Of a stretch of 36,768 bases of DNA, positions 1-10,900 are shown in pieces (position 1 is the stretch's first letter; each line of letters opens with the position of its first letter). Under the pieces are notes generated by a model that was given only the letters and a program-made list of their open reading frames with translations, was not told the DNA's origin and made no database searches. The position numbers and the translations under genes are program-made. The DNA comes from a virus, in the IMG/VR virus record IMGVR_UViG_3300045988_160268, positions 1 through 36,768 of that record; one strand, 5' to 3'.

Positions 1-25
1 TTATTTTTTTATTAATTTTTTTCAT
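1..25 (-). CDS. possible start of a gene running off the left edge (MKKINKKI...)
   Basis: Minus strand reads GGAAGGGGGAAAAAAATGAAAAAAATTAAT: purine-rich RBS-like stretch then ATG and an open frame to the window edge. Confidence 0.25.
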
Positions 26-202
26 TTTTTCCCCCTTCCATTATCATATTAATAATCAGTTCCGTAATTATAGTGTTTTTTTAATTTTCAAGCCATGTCC
101 GAATTTCGTTGATTTATTAGTATTTCTACCTATTTTGAAAACCCAATCAAATTTGTTGCAATTTTATAGGTGGGTAACAAAAGGGTAACAAATAAATTGT
201 TT

Positions 203-508
203 CTATAACTCAAAAAATTCTTCTATTAAAACTTTGGATTCTCGTATATTATAACCTAACTCTTTACATTTTTTAATCATTTCAAGTATTATTTTTTCTT
301 TCTTATTATATTTTTTACTTAATTTTTTTACTACACTTAATATTTCACCTTTCATAAACAATCCATCCCTTCTTTTGTAAATTATTTTATAATTCACTTT
401 CAAAGGGTTATAATCTTTGCTTATTATAATATTCTTTTTGTTTTTTGTAAATATTTTTCTTCGACAAATTTCGACTTTTTTCGTTGCTTCATCTTTTGCT
501 ACTTTCAT
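203..508 (-). CDS. small hypothetical protein; likely true start is the internal MKGEILSVVKK
   Basis: ORF track; Lys/Glu-rich. Confidence 0.35.
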   Translation of the reverse strand: MKVAKDEATKKVEICRRKIFTKNKKNIIISKDYNPLKVNYKIIYKRRDGLFMKGEILSVVKKLSKKYNKKEKIILEMIKKCKELGYNIRESKVLIEEFFEL

Positions 509-667
509 TTCTACCTCTCTCCTTTTTTTCTTCTTTGGAGCTCCTTTGATGAAATAATTGTATATTAGATTTTACTTAAATGTTAAAATATTTTACGAAA
601 ACGCTTCTTTATTTTATAAAACTCGTTTTTTGTCGACCTCTTGGTTTTTAACTAAAATGTGCTACAT

Positions 668-880
668 CTATTGTAGCACTAAGGTTCCAGTATCATATAA
701 GTCCGTTATTTTTTTACCAAGAGTTTCCGCTATGACTAACATCTCTATAAATAGTATTTTATCTACATCTGCTTCTATTTTTGCTAGTCTATGTCTTTCT
801 ATTCCTGTACTTTCTGCTAGTTCATTTAGTGATACTCCCATTTTCTCTCGTATTTCTTTTATTTTTAATTCTACTGTCAT
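668..880 (-). CDS. XRE/Cro-like helix-turn-helix regulator (70 aa)
   Basis: IKEIREKMGVSLNELAESTGIERHRLAKIEADVDKILFIEMLVIAETLGKKITDLY matches the XRE HTH pattern. Confidence 0.85.
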   Translation of the reverse strand: MTVELKIKEIREKMGVSLNELAESTGIERHRLAKIEADVDKILFIEMLVIAETLGKKITDLYDTGTLVLQ

Positions 881-1105
881 AAAAACACCTCTAGCTTATT
901 ATTACTAGAAGTGTTTGGTTTTATTCAACCTATAAAAAAAGTGAAGTAAGTGCCACTAACACAAACTCCAAATCAAATGCACACAAGTAGGGATTTATCC
1001 TTACTCTTATTTATTTTATTCTTTATAATTATTTTTATCACATGTATTTCTATAAAGTCAATGCTTTTATCTAATGTTACACAACTTTCAAATTTGTGTA
1101 ATAAA

Positions 1106-1134
1106 ATTGTAACATTTCTTTTTATTCATGTCAA
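1106..1134 (-). promoter_or_regulatory. sigma70-like promoter TTGACA-N17-TACAAT reading toward the XRE gene
   Basis: -35 at 1134-1129, -10 at 1111-1106 on the minus strand. Confidence 0.6.
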
Positions 1135-1135
1135 T

Positions 1136-1164
1136 ATTGTATCATCAATTTTTCCAAATTTCAA
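1136..1164 (-). promoter_or_regulatory. second tandem promoter TTGAAA-N17-TACAAT
   Basis: -35 at 1164-1159, -10 at 1141-1136 on the minus strand. Confidence 0.45.
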
Positions 1165-1464
1165 GATTATGAAAAGCACCATTTTTATTGAAATATATCT
1201 AAAAAGTGGCTTTTCAGAATCGATTTTAAGCCGTTTTTATTTTTGATTAATATAATTTCTTTATGGGAATTTATCAAAAATCACTGTTATCTTTGTCAAA
1301 TTTCATATTAACATATATTCGTTGTTGTATATAACAGTTATAAGTGGTTTTAACTCCTTCAAGTTAGGTTCATCAATTAGGTATGAATCTACCAAAAGAA
1401 AATTTGAAATTTATCCAAATCACACTGATTCAAATAAATCTCAAACTCCTAAAAAACAACGGTT

Positions 1465-1494
1465 GAATAAGGGCTTCGGCTCTTATTCTTTTTT
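1465..1494 (+). terminator. intrinsic terminator on the plus strand
   Basis: GAATAAGGGC-TTCG-GCTCTTATTC followed by TTTTTT. Confidence 0.8.
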
Positions 1495-1614
1495 ATTATC
1501 TTAATATTAATATTATCTTTTGTCAATAAATATTATAGTTTTATATGCTTTTTACTAAAAAAATTGCACACAAAAAACTAGACTAAAAATTAATCTAACC
1601 TAGCTCAAATTTAT

Positions 1615-2997
1615 TTAAATCTTTATGCAATAACTCAATGCAATCCACCCACTTGGAGTTAATCCAAATCCATTTCGAACCTTTGTTACTGTTGTTACTA
1701 CTCCACGTCTTAATCCATTAGTATATTGATTTCCTAATCTTTTATTTTGGTATCTTGCATTTGCTGTTAATTGTTTATATCCTTTTATTTTATACTTTGT
1801 ACCTGCTCCTGTTCTAACATTTAAGACACTAGCATTTACTTTGTATTTTCCTACTGTATATTTAACACTAGGATTTGTTTTTACAGTATTTTGAGTTGAA
1901 GGTATATAGCTTGTTAAGTAATTACTAGAAACCCATTTATCTGTTCCTACTCTACTCCAGCCATCTTTTGTTTCATATACCAATATTGCCGTTCCATATT
2001 TATAAGAACCTATTATACTTCCATTTATATTATTTCTTATATTTAATCCTATTTTTGCATTTACATATCTAGTATATGCTTGTGTATTTACTGGTTGTTT
2101 ATTTTCTTGTATATCCCCACTATATTGATATGCAAAAAATCCTTTATAATTTGCGTATCTTTTAAAGTTATCTATACTTACATAAACCTTATTGCCATCA
2201 ACTATTGCTTTTCCTCTTCTTGTGGCTGTATCAAATTTGCCAGCATACAAATACGGATCATATATTTCTATCATTCCATTTTCTACTTTTGTTAGCAAAA
2301 TAAAATGACCACCTGTAGTAAATAATCCATTACCACAACTAGCCACAACATAGTTTTGATTTTCTAACAATTGTATTGCCTTTTGAATATCTGTTGTTTC
2401 CTGATATACAATATCAAATGTATCTGCCACAAATCTAAAAGCACTCCAATAAGTTCCATTGTTTGCACTTCTATATCCATATTTTACAAATAAATCACAC
2501 ATTTCAGGTGGTGTTATCGTTCCTTTTACTGCCGTTACTACCATAGCTGCACAAGTAGGACCACACCCACTTGTTCCAATTGTTTGATTTGTATTACTTA
2601 TACTAGAATACATATTATAACGCCATCTGTTATCTATTTGTGAATAATACGTTAATCCTTGATAATTTCCTAATACAACATTTGGATAATCTTCTGTACC
2701 ATTATAAGCTATTTCTCCTTGTTCTTCAAATTTTTCATCTTCTACTGTTTGCTCCTTAGATACTTCGTTTTCTTGTTCTACCGTTTGCTCTTCTATAGTC
2801 TTAGATGGTAATTCTTCTACCTCTTGTTCAGTCATATTGTATGTACTTATATTGTTTTTTATTTCATTTACAGCACCATTTATTATTTCATTTTCTGCTT
2901 TATCTTCGTTTGCTCTATAAAAACCTAAACTGCTTAAAATTCCAATCAAAAGTGCAGAAACAATTAAAACTATTTTTCTTTTTTGTTCATTACTCAC
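1615..2997 (-). CDS. exported/membrane-anchored endolysin: N-terminal TM, acidic linker, C39-like peptidase, C-terminal SH3-like region
   Basis: KRKIVLIVSALLIGILSSLGF hydrophobic segment; GTSGCGPTCAAMVV with later GGHFILL and YDPY (C39_2-like Cys/His/Asp); ASVLNVRTGAGTKYKIKG SH3b-like. Confidence 0.85.
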   Translation of the reverse strand: MSNEQKRKIVLIVSALLIGILSSLGFYRANEDKAENEIINGAVNEIKNNISTYNMTEQEVEELPSKTIEEQTVEQENEVSKEQTVEDEKFEEQGEIAYNGTEDYPNVVLGNYQGLTYYSQIDNRWRYNMYSSISNTNQTIGTSGCGPTCAAMVVTAVKGTITPPEMCDLFVKYGYRSANNGTYWSAFRFVADTFDIVYQETTDIQKAIQLLENQNYVVASCGNGLFTTGGHFILLTKVENGMIEIYDPYLYAGKFDTATRRGKAIVDGNKVYVSIDNFKRYANYKGFFAYQYSGDIQENKQPVNTQAYTRYVNAKIGLNIRNNINGSIIGSYKYGTAILVYETKDGWSRVGTDKWVSSNYLTSYIPSTQNTVKTNPSVKYTVGKYKVNASVLNVRTGAGTKYKIKGYKQLTANARYQNKRLGNQYTNGLRRGVVTTVTKVRNGFGLTPSGWIALSYCIKI

Positions 2998-3012
2998 TAT
3001 TTATCACCTCTC

Positions 3013-3306
3013 TTAATCAATAATTTCAAATTCTTTCACTCTGTCTATTAACGCTTCTACAAACGCATTTCCTTTTAATTTAAAATAAATTTCAGCACTA
3101 TGTTCTATACTCTCCAGCTCATAATGTGATATTTTTTTATCTGCTTTACATCTATCATATATTGTTAATATATCATTTCTTAAGCTACATTTTGTTGCTT
3201 CTATCATAGACATACAAAAACTAAACATTGCAATTATAAATGTTCCTAAAAATGTAATTAAAAACCAATATTCTTTTAAAATTTCCAATATTTGCATAAT
3301 TTTCAC
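3013..3306 (-). CDS. putative holin
   Basis: Small protein with one strong TM (WFLITFLGTFIIAMFSFCMSMI) directly upstream of the endolysin. Confidence 0.55.
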   Translation of the reverse strand: MKIMQILEILKEYWFLITFLGTFIIAMFSFCMSMIEATKCSLRNDILTIYDRCKADKKISHYELESIEHSAEIYFKLKGNAFVEALIDRVKEFEIID

Positions 3307-3309
3307 CTT

Positions 3310-3846
3310 TTATTCATACCCTTCTATTCTATTTATTACTATGCTGTTATTATATGATATGCTTTTGTCAGAAAATTCATAATTAATTTGCCCTGTTCCG
3401 GTCATTGTTTTTCCTGTTATTGCATACATTCTAAGTTTCAGATTGAAATACACTCCTCCATTGTAATATGCATCAAGAGCTATTTTTAGTGTATTTTCTT
3501 TTGAATGATTTCCTATTGTTCTACAATATGAAGCACCATCATTATCCTTATAATATATTTTTATAATTCTATAATTAGAAATATCATCTCTTAAAGTTAT
3601 ATCTCCATTTGTACTACCTTCAAATAGTACTATTGGAGTTATTTTATAATCTACATCATTTATGCTGTTTTCTAACCCATTCATTGCTTCTTCTGTATTA
3701 TCTTCCATCTTTTTTAAATTTTCTGCTGAAAGTGGTGTTTCTCCACTATACTGTTCAGGCTCTACTTCATAAATATTTTCACCTATCGTCACAGTAGCTT
3801 TTGACACTAAATTGCCATTTTTCCATCCAATTCTTTTTAATTCCAT
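3310..3846 (-). CDS. phage tail/appendage-associated protein
   Basis: Position between baseplate and lysis genes; PLSAENLKKMEDNTEEAMNGLENSI resembles structural proteins of Firmicutes phages. Confidence 0.45.
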   Translation of the reverse strand: MELKRIGWKNGNLVSKATVTIGENIYEVEPEQYSGETPLSAENLKKMEDNTEEAMNGLENSINDVDYKITPIVLFEGSTNGDITLRDDISNYRIIKIYYKDNDGASYCRTIGNHSKENTLKIALDAYYNGGVYFNLKLRMYAITGKTMTGTGQINYEFSDKSISYNNSIVINRIEGYE

Positions 3847-3850
3847 TTTT

Positions 3851-4900
3851 CTATCTCCTTTCTATTTTTGTTTTTATTTCAAATAGTCCTTTTGCTGTTT
3901 CTTCATGATAGCTTAATGTATAATATTCGTCTAAAAATATTACCTTTGCATTTCCTGTTTCCTTGTTTCTATACATGAAATATAACCTATATTTATATAT
4001 AATATATTTAAAGTTAGCATAAAGTGGATATTTACTATTTCCTGCATAACTTCCTATGCTTGGATAAAACTCTTTTTTAGAATATTCTGCAAGCGGATAC
4101 CTATTGCTATTTGAATAAATTTTAGTGCACGGATAATATGTATTTCCAACTTTTTTATTTAACTTAAATCCAAACTCTTTATCATTTTCTTTTATTATAT
4201 TGATGTCTTTATCTATTATAAATTCTTCATTCATAACTCCTCTTACATTTCCAAAGCCAACAGAATATAAAGTAGCCCAAACTGGTTCATATTCTATTAC
4301 CTCCTCAATTTTATTTCCTTTAAAAATATTAGAGAATGGCGCTAAATGGAGTGGCAAATCAATTCCATCTACCACTCCATCTGTTGTTATTATATCTCTT
4401 CTAAATATTGACAACGGTTCATTATTTTCAATAGATATTTGATAATTAGATAAATCCACACATGCAAATACTGTCCTATTATTACCAAATCCTACTGCCA
4501 TGATTTTTTTATTTGCAAAATCGTTTAAATTTAATGTCTCTTGACTTATTTCGTCATAGAAAAATTCTTGTAGTGTAACTTCATAGTCTGTTGTTACACT
4601 ACTTTCATTTCCTTCTATACTTTTCTTAGTTATCTTTATTAAAATATCAAAGTCTTCCATACCAGCATTTTTTACATCTGTCAACTCGTTATCAAATTTT
4701 ATATAACAGTATTCAAAATTTTTATCACAGTTTGTTGTATATAATCTATTGATTGTCAGAGGGTCTGATTCATCAATATCAAACAATAAATATTGTGCTT
4801 TACTAAAAAGCGATAAATATTCATCATAAATATAATTATGAACTGTAATTTCTTGCCTTTTATTTTTTATTTTTATGTATTTATTTTCAAATTTCATCAT
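3851..4900 (-). CDS. tail/baseplate hypothetical protein
   Basis: ORF overlapping by 4 nt with the baseplate gene. Confidence 0.4.
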   Translation of the reverse strand: MMKFENKYIKIKNKRQEITVHNYIYDEYLSLFSKAQYLLFDIDESDPLTINRLYTTNCDKNFEYCYIKFDNELTDVKNAGMEDFDILIKITKKSIEGNESSVTTDYEVTLQEFFYDEISQETLNLNDFANKKIMAVGFGNNRTVFACVDLSNYQISIENNEPLSIFRRDIITTDGVVDGIDLPLHLAPFSNIFKGNKIEEVIEYEPVWATLYSVGFGNVRGVMNEEFIIDKDINIIKENDKEFGFKLNKKVGNTYYPCTKIYSNSNRYPLAEYSKKEFYPSIGSYAGNSKYPLYANFKYIIYKYRLYFMYRNKETGNAKVIFLDEYYTLSYHEETAKGLFEIKTKIERR

Positions 4901-7900
4901 TGTATCACCTCGTGACTCTCTGCAAATTCTTCTTGATTATAATGTGTTAAATATAAATGATATGTCTTATCGTTTGTTTCCTGTGTGTCTTCACTTCTAA
5001 AAATATCTATAAAACTTGATAACATATTAGCATTTTTACATGTTACAATATATTCTAAATCATTATTACTACAGTCAATTTGTATATCTGTTACTACATA
5101 TACTCCATTTACTATCATCTTATTGATTTTTATGGTATCTCCTACTTTGAATACATCTTCATCTGTTTTTAATTCAACTTGTCCATCTAATTTTAATCCG
5201 TTTTTATTCATATACGTAGTACCTATTTCTCTTAATTCTTGTGCTGTTTTCCAACTTTCTTTCATATCCACCGTAGTCTCTACTATTCCTGTCTTGCTAA
5301 TTCTATTTTTTTCTTCATTTATTGCTTTATTATTATAAAATTTATTAATGCTCCATACTAGTACACTATCTGAGCTAATATATTTTATTGCTTTTAATGT
5401 CTTTTGACCGTTATATTTTATTCCTACAATTAAATTAGAAAAGAAACTATCTTTTATTAATAAAAATTCTTTATCTTTACCTTCTTCATTCTCAATTCCT
5501 AGATTGTCTGATAAAACTACAGTATCTTTTTCTTTATCATATAATATACTAATATTAAATACTGTATTGTCTGTATACACTCCTCCAAGTCTTAGTGCTG
5601 CTGCATTACCATCGCTTTCGCCTCTACTATACACAGATTTCAAAATATTTTCTTTCTTTATATCTACGGGTATTTCTAATGTTATCTGCTCTCCATTTTT
5701 TATATTAGATATTTGTTCAACTATCAATGGATTAAAATTTTGAGTCATTATTTTCATATTGCTATCTGAAAATTCAACTCTCGAATATTCATAGATTCTC
5801 ACATTAGTAAAATTAATCACATTTGCATAATCATCTGAGCTTGTACTAGGTTTAATATATTGCAATCCTCTTATTGAATGTTCGTCATCATATATATGCT
5901 TTATTTTTCCTTCATTCCAAATTAACTCAATGTCTTTTATATATATATTTTTTTGTTCATCTATATTACACCAAATATTAAATTTATTGCTTAAATTATT
6001 TAAACAATATTCTAATGTCTTACACAGAAAATTAACTGTTACACTTCTATCTGTGACATTCAATTCTTTTAAGTTAAATCCATCATCTAGCAAAGGCTTT
6101 AATATTACTTTTTCTAATAATTCTTTAAGTTTATATGTTCCTACCGCCGTGCATGTTCGCAAAGTTGACATTTTTGAAGGCGATAACAGCGTAAAATTAA
6201 TGTCTATATCTTTATCTTGCTCTCTTAATTCTGGAAAAACATAATTATCAACATAGCCATAGCACAATAAATTTTGTTTTATTCTTTTTTGTTTTTTTGG
6301 AATCATATCTTCTGTATATTTTACACTTATACTTGCTTCTGATGTCATATGATTTAGTCCCTTTTTTACTTGTACTTTTTTCAATCCTTTTTTCTGTTCA
6401 TCTGTTAGTTCTAGGTTAACAGGTGTTGCTAATTTGTAATAAACAATTACTGGATTTCCTTCATCGTATTTTGATTTTAAAAATGCTTTGAAACTATCCA
6501 CAGTTGTGTATTGACTTGTCATAAACCTTATACGTCTGAAATCATTTATTGTTACGCTATTGTTAATTTCCCAACTATTATTCCAATAAACACCTTTAAA
6601 ACAATTTGATATTGCTCTTATATTTAGGTCATTGATAAAAATCCCATCAGCAGGAATAGAATACTGTGCTATTCCTTGATAAATATCATCTTGTGATACA
6701 TCTTCATCTCCCGTTAAAACTAATTTTTTCCACTCATGATGTTCTACATCTTTTATATAATCTCCTTCTAACATTTCTTGTTGGATTGGCATTATTATTG
6801 ATTGAGATTTGCCTTCAACATAATCAGTTTTTTCTGTGCCTTTTTCTATCATTGTTGTATCTATTGAGGTTAATCTAGCATTAATCCTTAAATAATATAT
6901 ATCTGAATTATCTGGCACTGTTAATAATCCGTTTTTTAACACAACTTTGTCTATATATCTTTTATTTTTGTCATAAAAACAATTGCTAGTCCCATCATGT
7001 TTGCCACTTAAGAAATATTGCCCATTGGGATTTACTCTTATATAATCACTCGTAAAAAATAAACTATTGCTTGATGTTTTCCCTGTTGTTCCGTTTAGCT
7101 CATATCCTCGAAGTGCTTTATTCTTGTCAAATAAATTCTTATTTACTATATCTATTTCTACACTATCTTTTACTGTTTCAATTTCACTTGGATAATCTGG
7201 CGAAGGCGATGCTCCGTATTGTTCAAATTTTGTAGGTATCGTACTACCAGAAACTAACATAACACCTACATTTTTTCCGCTTACTGTTTTTGATGTATTT
7301 AAATCACCACAAGCCACATATTTAACATTAGCGTCACTCATTAATGTAAATGTTACTGAGTTTTGACCACTTTTTACATTTTGTCCTATCCAAGTACTAC
7401 TTTTGTCTAATAAAGCTACATAAGTATTTGTGATTGGCGAACTTAAAAACAATGTATAAGTTCCTGCCTTTAATGTTATCTCATTATTAAATGTATATAA
7501 ATAAAGATAAGATGTTGACTTAGGTGTACCATTTATACTTTGTATAATCCCCTTTTTGATACTAAAAGTTATACCATTTTCTGTTGTTGTTTCTACATCT
7601 TCCAAATTTAACAAGTTATACCCTTCTCTACTTTCCTGCCTATGTTCACCCTTTATTTTTGTTATTTCTATTTCAGAATCCACTTTAGTTTCAAATGTTG
7701 TATTTTTAAAATCTTCTATTGTTTTCTCAATTGGTTCTTCTATTATTGTATCTACGTCTCTTTCTTCTACAACTTTAACTTCTTCATATTTTTGCGGTAA
7801 TTCAACTGCTGTACGTCCAGTAAAATCACATTTTAAATCACTATATGCTATTTCTTGACTTGACTTTGTTATATTGTATCCGTCTAGTACCGGTAATTTT

Positions 7901-7926
7901 ATTTTTTCATACTCTAAATATACCAC
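4897..7926 (-). CDS. baseplate / tail-associated protein (Gp37-like) with inserted carbohydrate-binding-like modules
   Basis: 1009 aa downstream of tape measure; repeated NLL/NLFD...SPSPDYPSEI pattern and C-terminal IQIDCSNNDLEYIVTCKNA. Confidence 0.6.
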   Translation of the reverse strand: MVYLEYEKIKLPVLDGYNITKSSQEIAYSDLKCDFTGRTAVELPQKYEEVKVVEERDVDTIIEEPIEKTIEDFKNTTFETKVDSEIEITKIKGEHRQESREGYNLLNLEDVETTTENGITFSIKKGIIQSINGTPKSTSYLYLYTFNNEITLKAGTYTLFLSSPITNTYVALLDKSSTWIGQNVKSGQNSVTFTLMSDANVKYVACGDLNTSKTVSGKNVGVMLVSGSTIPTKFEQYGASPSPDYPSEIETVKDSVEIDIVNKNLFDKNKALRGYELNGTTGKTSSNSLFFTSDYIRVNPNGQYFLSGKHDGTSNCFYDKNKRYIDKVVLKNGLLTVPDNSDIYYLRINARLTSIDTTMIEKGTEKTDYVEGKSQSIIMPIQQEMLEGDYIKDVEHHEWKKLVLTGDEDVSQDDIYQGIAQYSIPADGIFINDLNIRAISNCFKGVYWNNSWEINNSVTINDFRRIRFMTSQYTTVDSFKAFLKSKYDEGNPVIVYYKLATPVNLELTDEQKKGLKKVQVKKGLNHMTSEASISVKYTEDMIPKKQKRIKQNLLCYGYVDNYVFPELREQDKDIDINFTLLSPSKMSTLRTCTAVGTYKLKELLEKVILKPLLDDGFNLKELNVTDRSVTVNFLCKTLEYCLNNLSNKFNIWCNIDEQKNIYIKDIELIWNEGKIKHIYDDEHSIRGLQYIKPSTSSDDYANVINFTNVRIYEYSRVEFSDSNMKIMTQNFNPLIVEQISNIKNGEQITLEIPVDIKKENILKSVYSRGESDGNAAALRLGGVYTDNTVFNISILYDKEKDTVVLSDNLGIENEEGKDKEFLLIKDSFFSNLIVGIKYNGQKTLKAIKYISSDSVLVWSINKFYNNKAINEEKNRISKTGIVETTVDMKESWKTAQELREIGTTYMNKNGLKLDGQVELKTDEDVFKVGDTIKINKMIVNGVYVVTDIQIDCSNNDLEYIVTCKNANMLSSFIDIFRSEDTQETNDKTYHLYLTHYNQEEFAESHEVIQ

Positions 7927-10900
7927 TATGCTAAACCTCCTACTTTTATCGTTCTACATACTTCTGGTGCTAATATTCTTCCTGCTTTTCTTCCATCAAT
8001 ATCTACACTTCCATCTATACTAAATGTTGCTTGTATTACATTTAACATACTATTATTAGATTTAACACTTGCTTTTGCATTTATAGAACCTGTTTCCATT
8101 GATATTGCTCTATTCATTTCATATATAATATCATTATTTAGTCTATCTAACTCAAAATTTCTTTTTATATCTTTTGCAACATTATTTGCTGCTTTAGCGA
8201 CTTTATATCTATTCTTATCAATTCCCATTACTAAATTGTCAATCATGTCTGGCATATATGTCAACTCGTCCTTTAGTGGACCCATTTTTGGAACAGAATG
8301 TTTTAAAAATGCTCCTATTATTCCTGCTACAGTACTAGCAGCACTTGATAATTTTGACCTTGAAGCATTTGATGTCATTCCACTTGATATATTATCAGAT
8401 AAATCTGTTCCCCATTTTTTTCCATCTACATTATTATTAAATCCTTTTTTTGCACTATCTGCTAAATCTTCAGCTCCCTTTTTTACTGTAGTATCCATTC
8501 GCATACTATTAGCTATATTAGTAATTTCCTCATCTGTAGGCTTTTTTAGATTTAACATTGCATTATACTTTGTACTTCCTGTAGAACCTAATCCCGCTAT
8601 ACCTTCTGGTAATGAACTATCCGCTACATATCCTGTTGCTCGCTCTATCTTCTCTCTTGTTATTTCTGGCATTTTTTCCAATTCTTGCGAATATATTTTT
8701 GTACTTGCTTTTGCTAAAGTTTGCCAAGCTGAAGTTTCATCAGCACTTAAAATTCCAATTGTTTTTGTTCTACTAGCTAATTCATTTGCTAAATTTTGTA
8801 AGTTTGTTTGTGCCTGTGTCTCTTGTTCACCTGCAATCTTATTTCCTGTATTAGTATATATTTGTTGATATGTATCTAAAGCTTCTTTCTGCTCTGATAT
8901 TCCATTCCTTAATTCTTCTAAAGAATTGTTTGACCAATTTTTAGTTGTATTAGTTATATGATTTTCTATTTCATCATATTTTCCTTCTGTATACAATGTA
9001 TAATCATCTTCGTATGCTTTTATATTATTTGTATAATTTTTCACTGTATCTAGAGCATCATTATAAGCATTTATTACATTATGAACTCTATCAGCTTCTT
9101 TACTTTTTGAATCCTTATATTTCTCTTCTAACTCTTCTAGTGTCATATTTTTTTCTTTTAGTAAATTATTTAAATTCTCTTGAGCTGTAGATAAATTTTC
9201 AACTGCATCACTTTGTTTCTCTACTGCTTCTTTATATTTTTCCTCTTCTGCATTTAACATTATTTCCGCTTTCTTTTTGTTTATTGTTTCATCTATTTCT
9301 TCTTGTAAATTTTTATATCCCTGAATAATATTTCCAGTCATTTTATACTCTGTACCTAATGCATTATTTAATTCATTCAATATAAATGAAACTCTACTCT
9401 CATACCCTTCTTTTACTTTTCCATTCTCATCTACTAGTCTTGACAATTCTCCTCTCAAAGATCCAACTTCATTAATGTGAGATAATTCATTATTCATTGT
9501 TTCATCTATACTTGCATTATATTCTTCCATAGATTTTTTCATAGATGACATACTCTCTGCAAATTCTTTTGCTTGTTCTTGTTCTTTTGTTTGTGCATTT
9601 TTTAATGAAATCATTGCTATTGTTAAACCTGCAATTGCAGATACAGCTAAACCTATAGGATTTGCATCAAATGCCATATTTAATAATAACATTGCATCTT
9701 TTGCACCCTTAATACTTGGAATCAAACTTACAAAGGCAGATACCATCCCTATTATATTTTTAGCTATGTTTATTCCTTTTATTGCTAACAATACACAATT
9801 ATATGTTTTTGTTGCAGCAATCACTGAGATAATTATTTTCGTTAACGCTTCTATTGCTGCTTTATTTTTCATACACCAATTCCACACATTTTTTAATATA
9901 TTTACTGTTGAACTTAATATGTTTTTTAATTTTGGAATGTATGCAGTTGATAAACTTTCTATCTTTTTTATAATTTGATTAAAATCTATTTTTGAAATAC
10001 TTTCTGCAATTTTCTTTAATGCTTTTTCTGCAATAGATCCTGTTTTACTTATTATGTTTCCTATGCTTTTCAAATCAGTCTTTTGCAAAGCATTATCTAC
10101 TGTAGAAATTATGTTTCCTACTCCTCTAACTATTGCTGTTTTTGCATTAGTAATTGATGTTTGTATGCCACCAGTAGAATTTTTAGCTTGTTCTGCAAAA
10201 GATTTTATTCCTTCACTTCCATTTTTATCTAATTCCACTATAGTATTCATAAAATCATCCATAGAGATTATACCTGCTCTTAAGGCTGTTCCTAAAGCTG
10301 TTGCCATATCTCCACTGCCATCTTTTACTGCTTTCATCTGTTCTACAAGCTCTTTTCCTGTTGATGACATTGGATTATTTTTTGAATATTGTTCCGCCGC
10401 CTTCATATATTTATCTAAAGCTTCTTTATTTCCTAACATAGCTTTTGCTATTTGTTTAATTTGTGCTGGCATTGCTGTTTGTAGAGAACGCCACTCCATC
10501 ATGTCCGGTTTTCCTTTTGCATAAGACTGACTAATTTGTTCTATAGCACTTGCTTGTATTTCACTTGAAGCACCTCCAGCAAGTATTGCATCATTTAATG
10601 CCAAAAACAAATCTACAGATTTATTTACATCTCCATTTTTTGAAGTAAATCTTTGTACTGATAATGCTCCAGAATCTAAAGTGGTTGGCAATCCTTTTAA
10701 TCCTTCGCTTAATCTATTTATTGCCTTTGAACTTTCTTCTGATGAAATTTCTAGATTAGACATTACTTTGGGGAAATTATTCAATGTATCCACTCTTGAA
10801 ATTGCTCCATCTAAACTATTATTAATTGTATTAAATGCTGCACTTATTAATTTCGTTATTCCTAGTGCCGCTACTATATTTTTTATCTTAGTTCCTGCAC

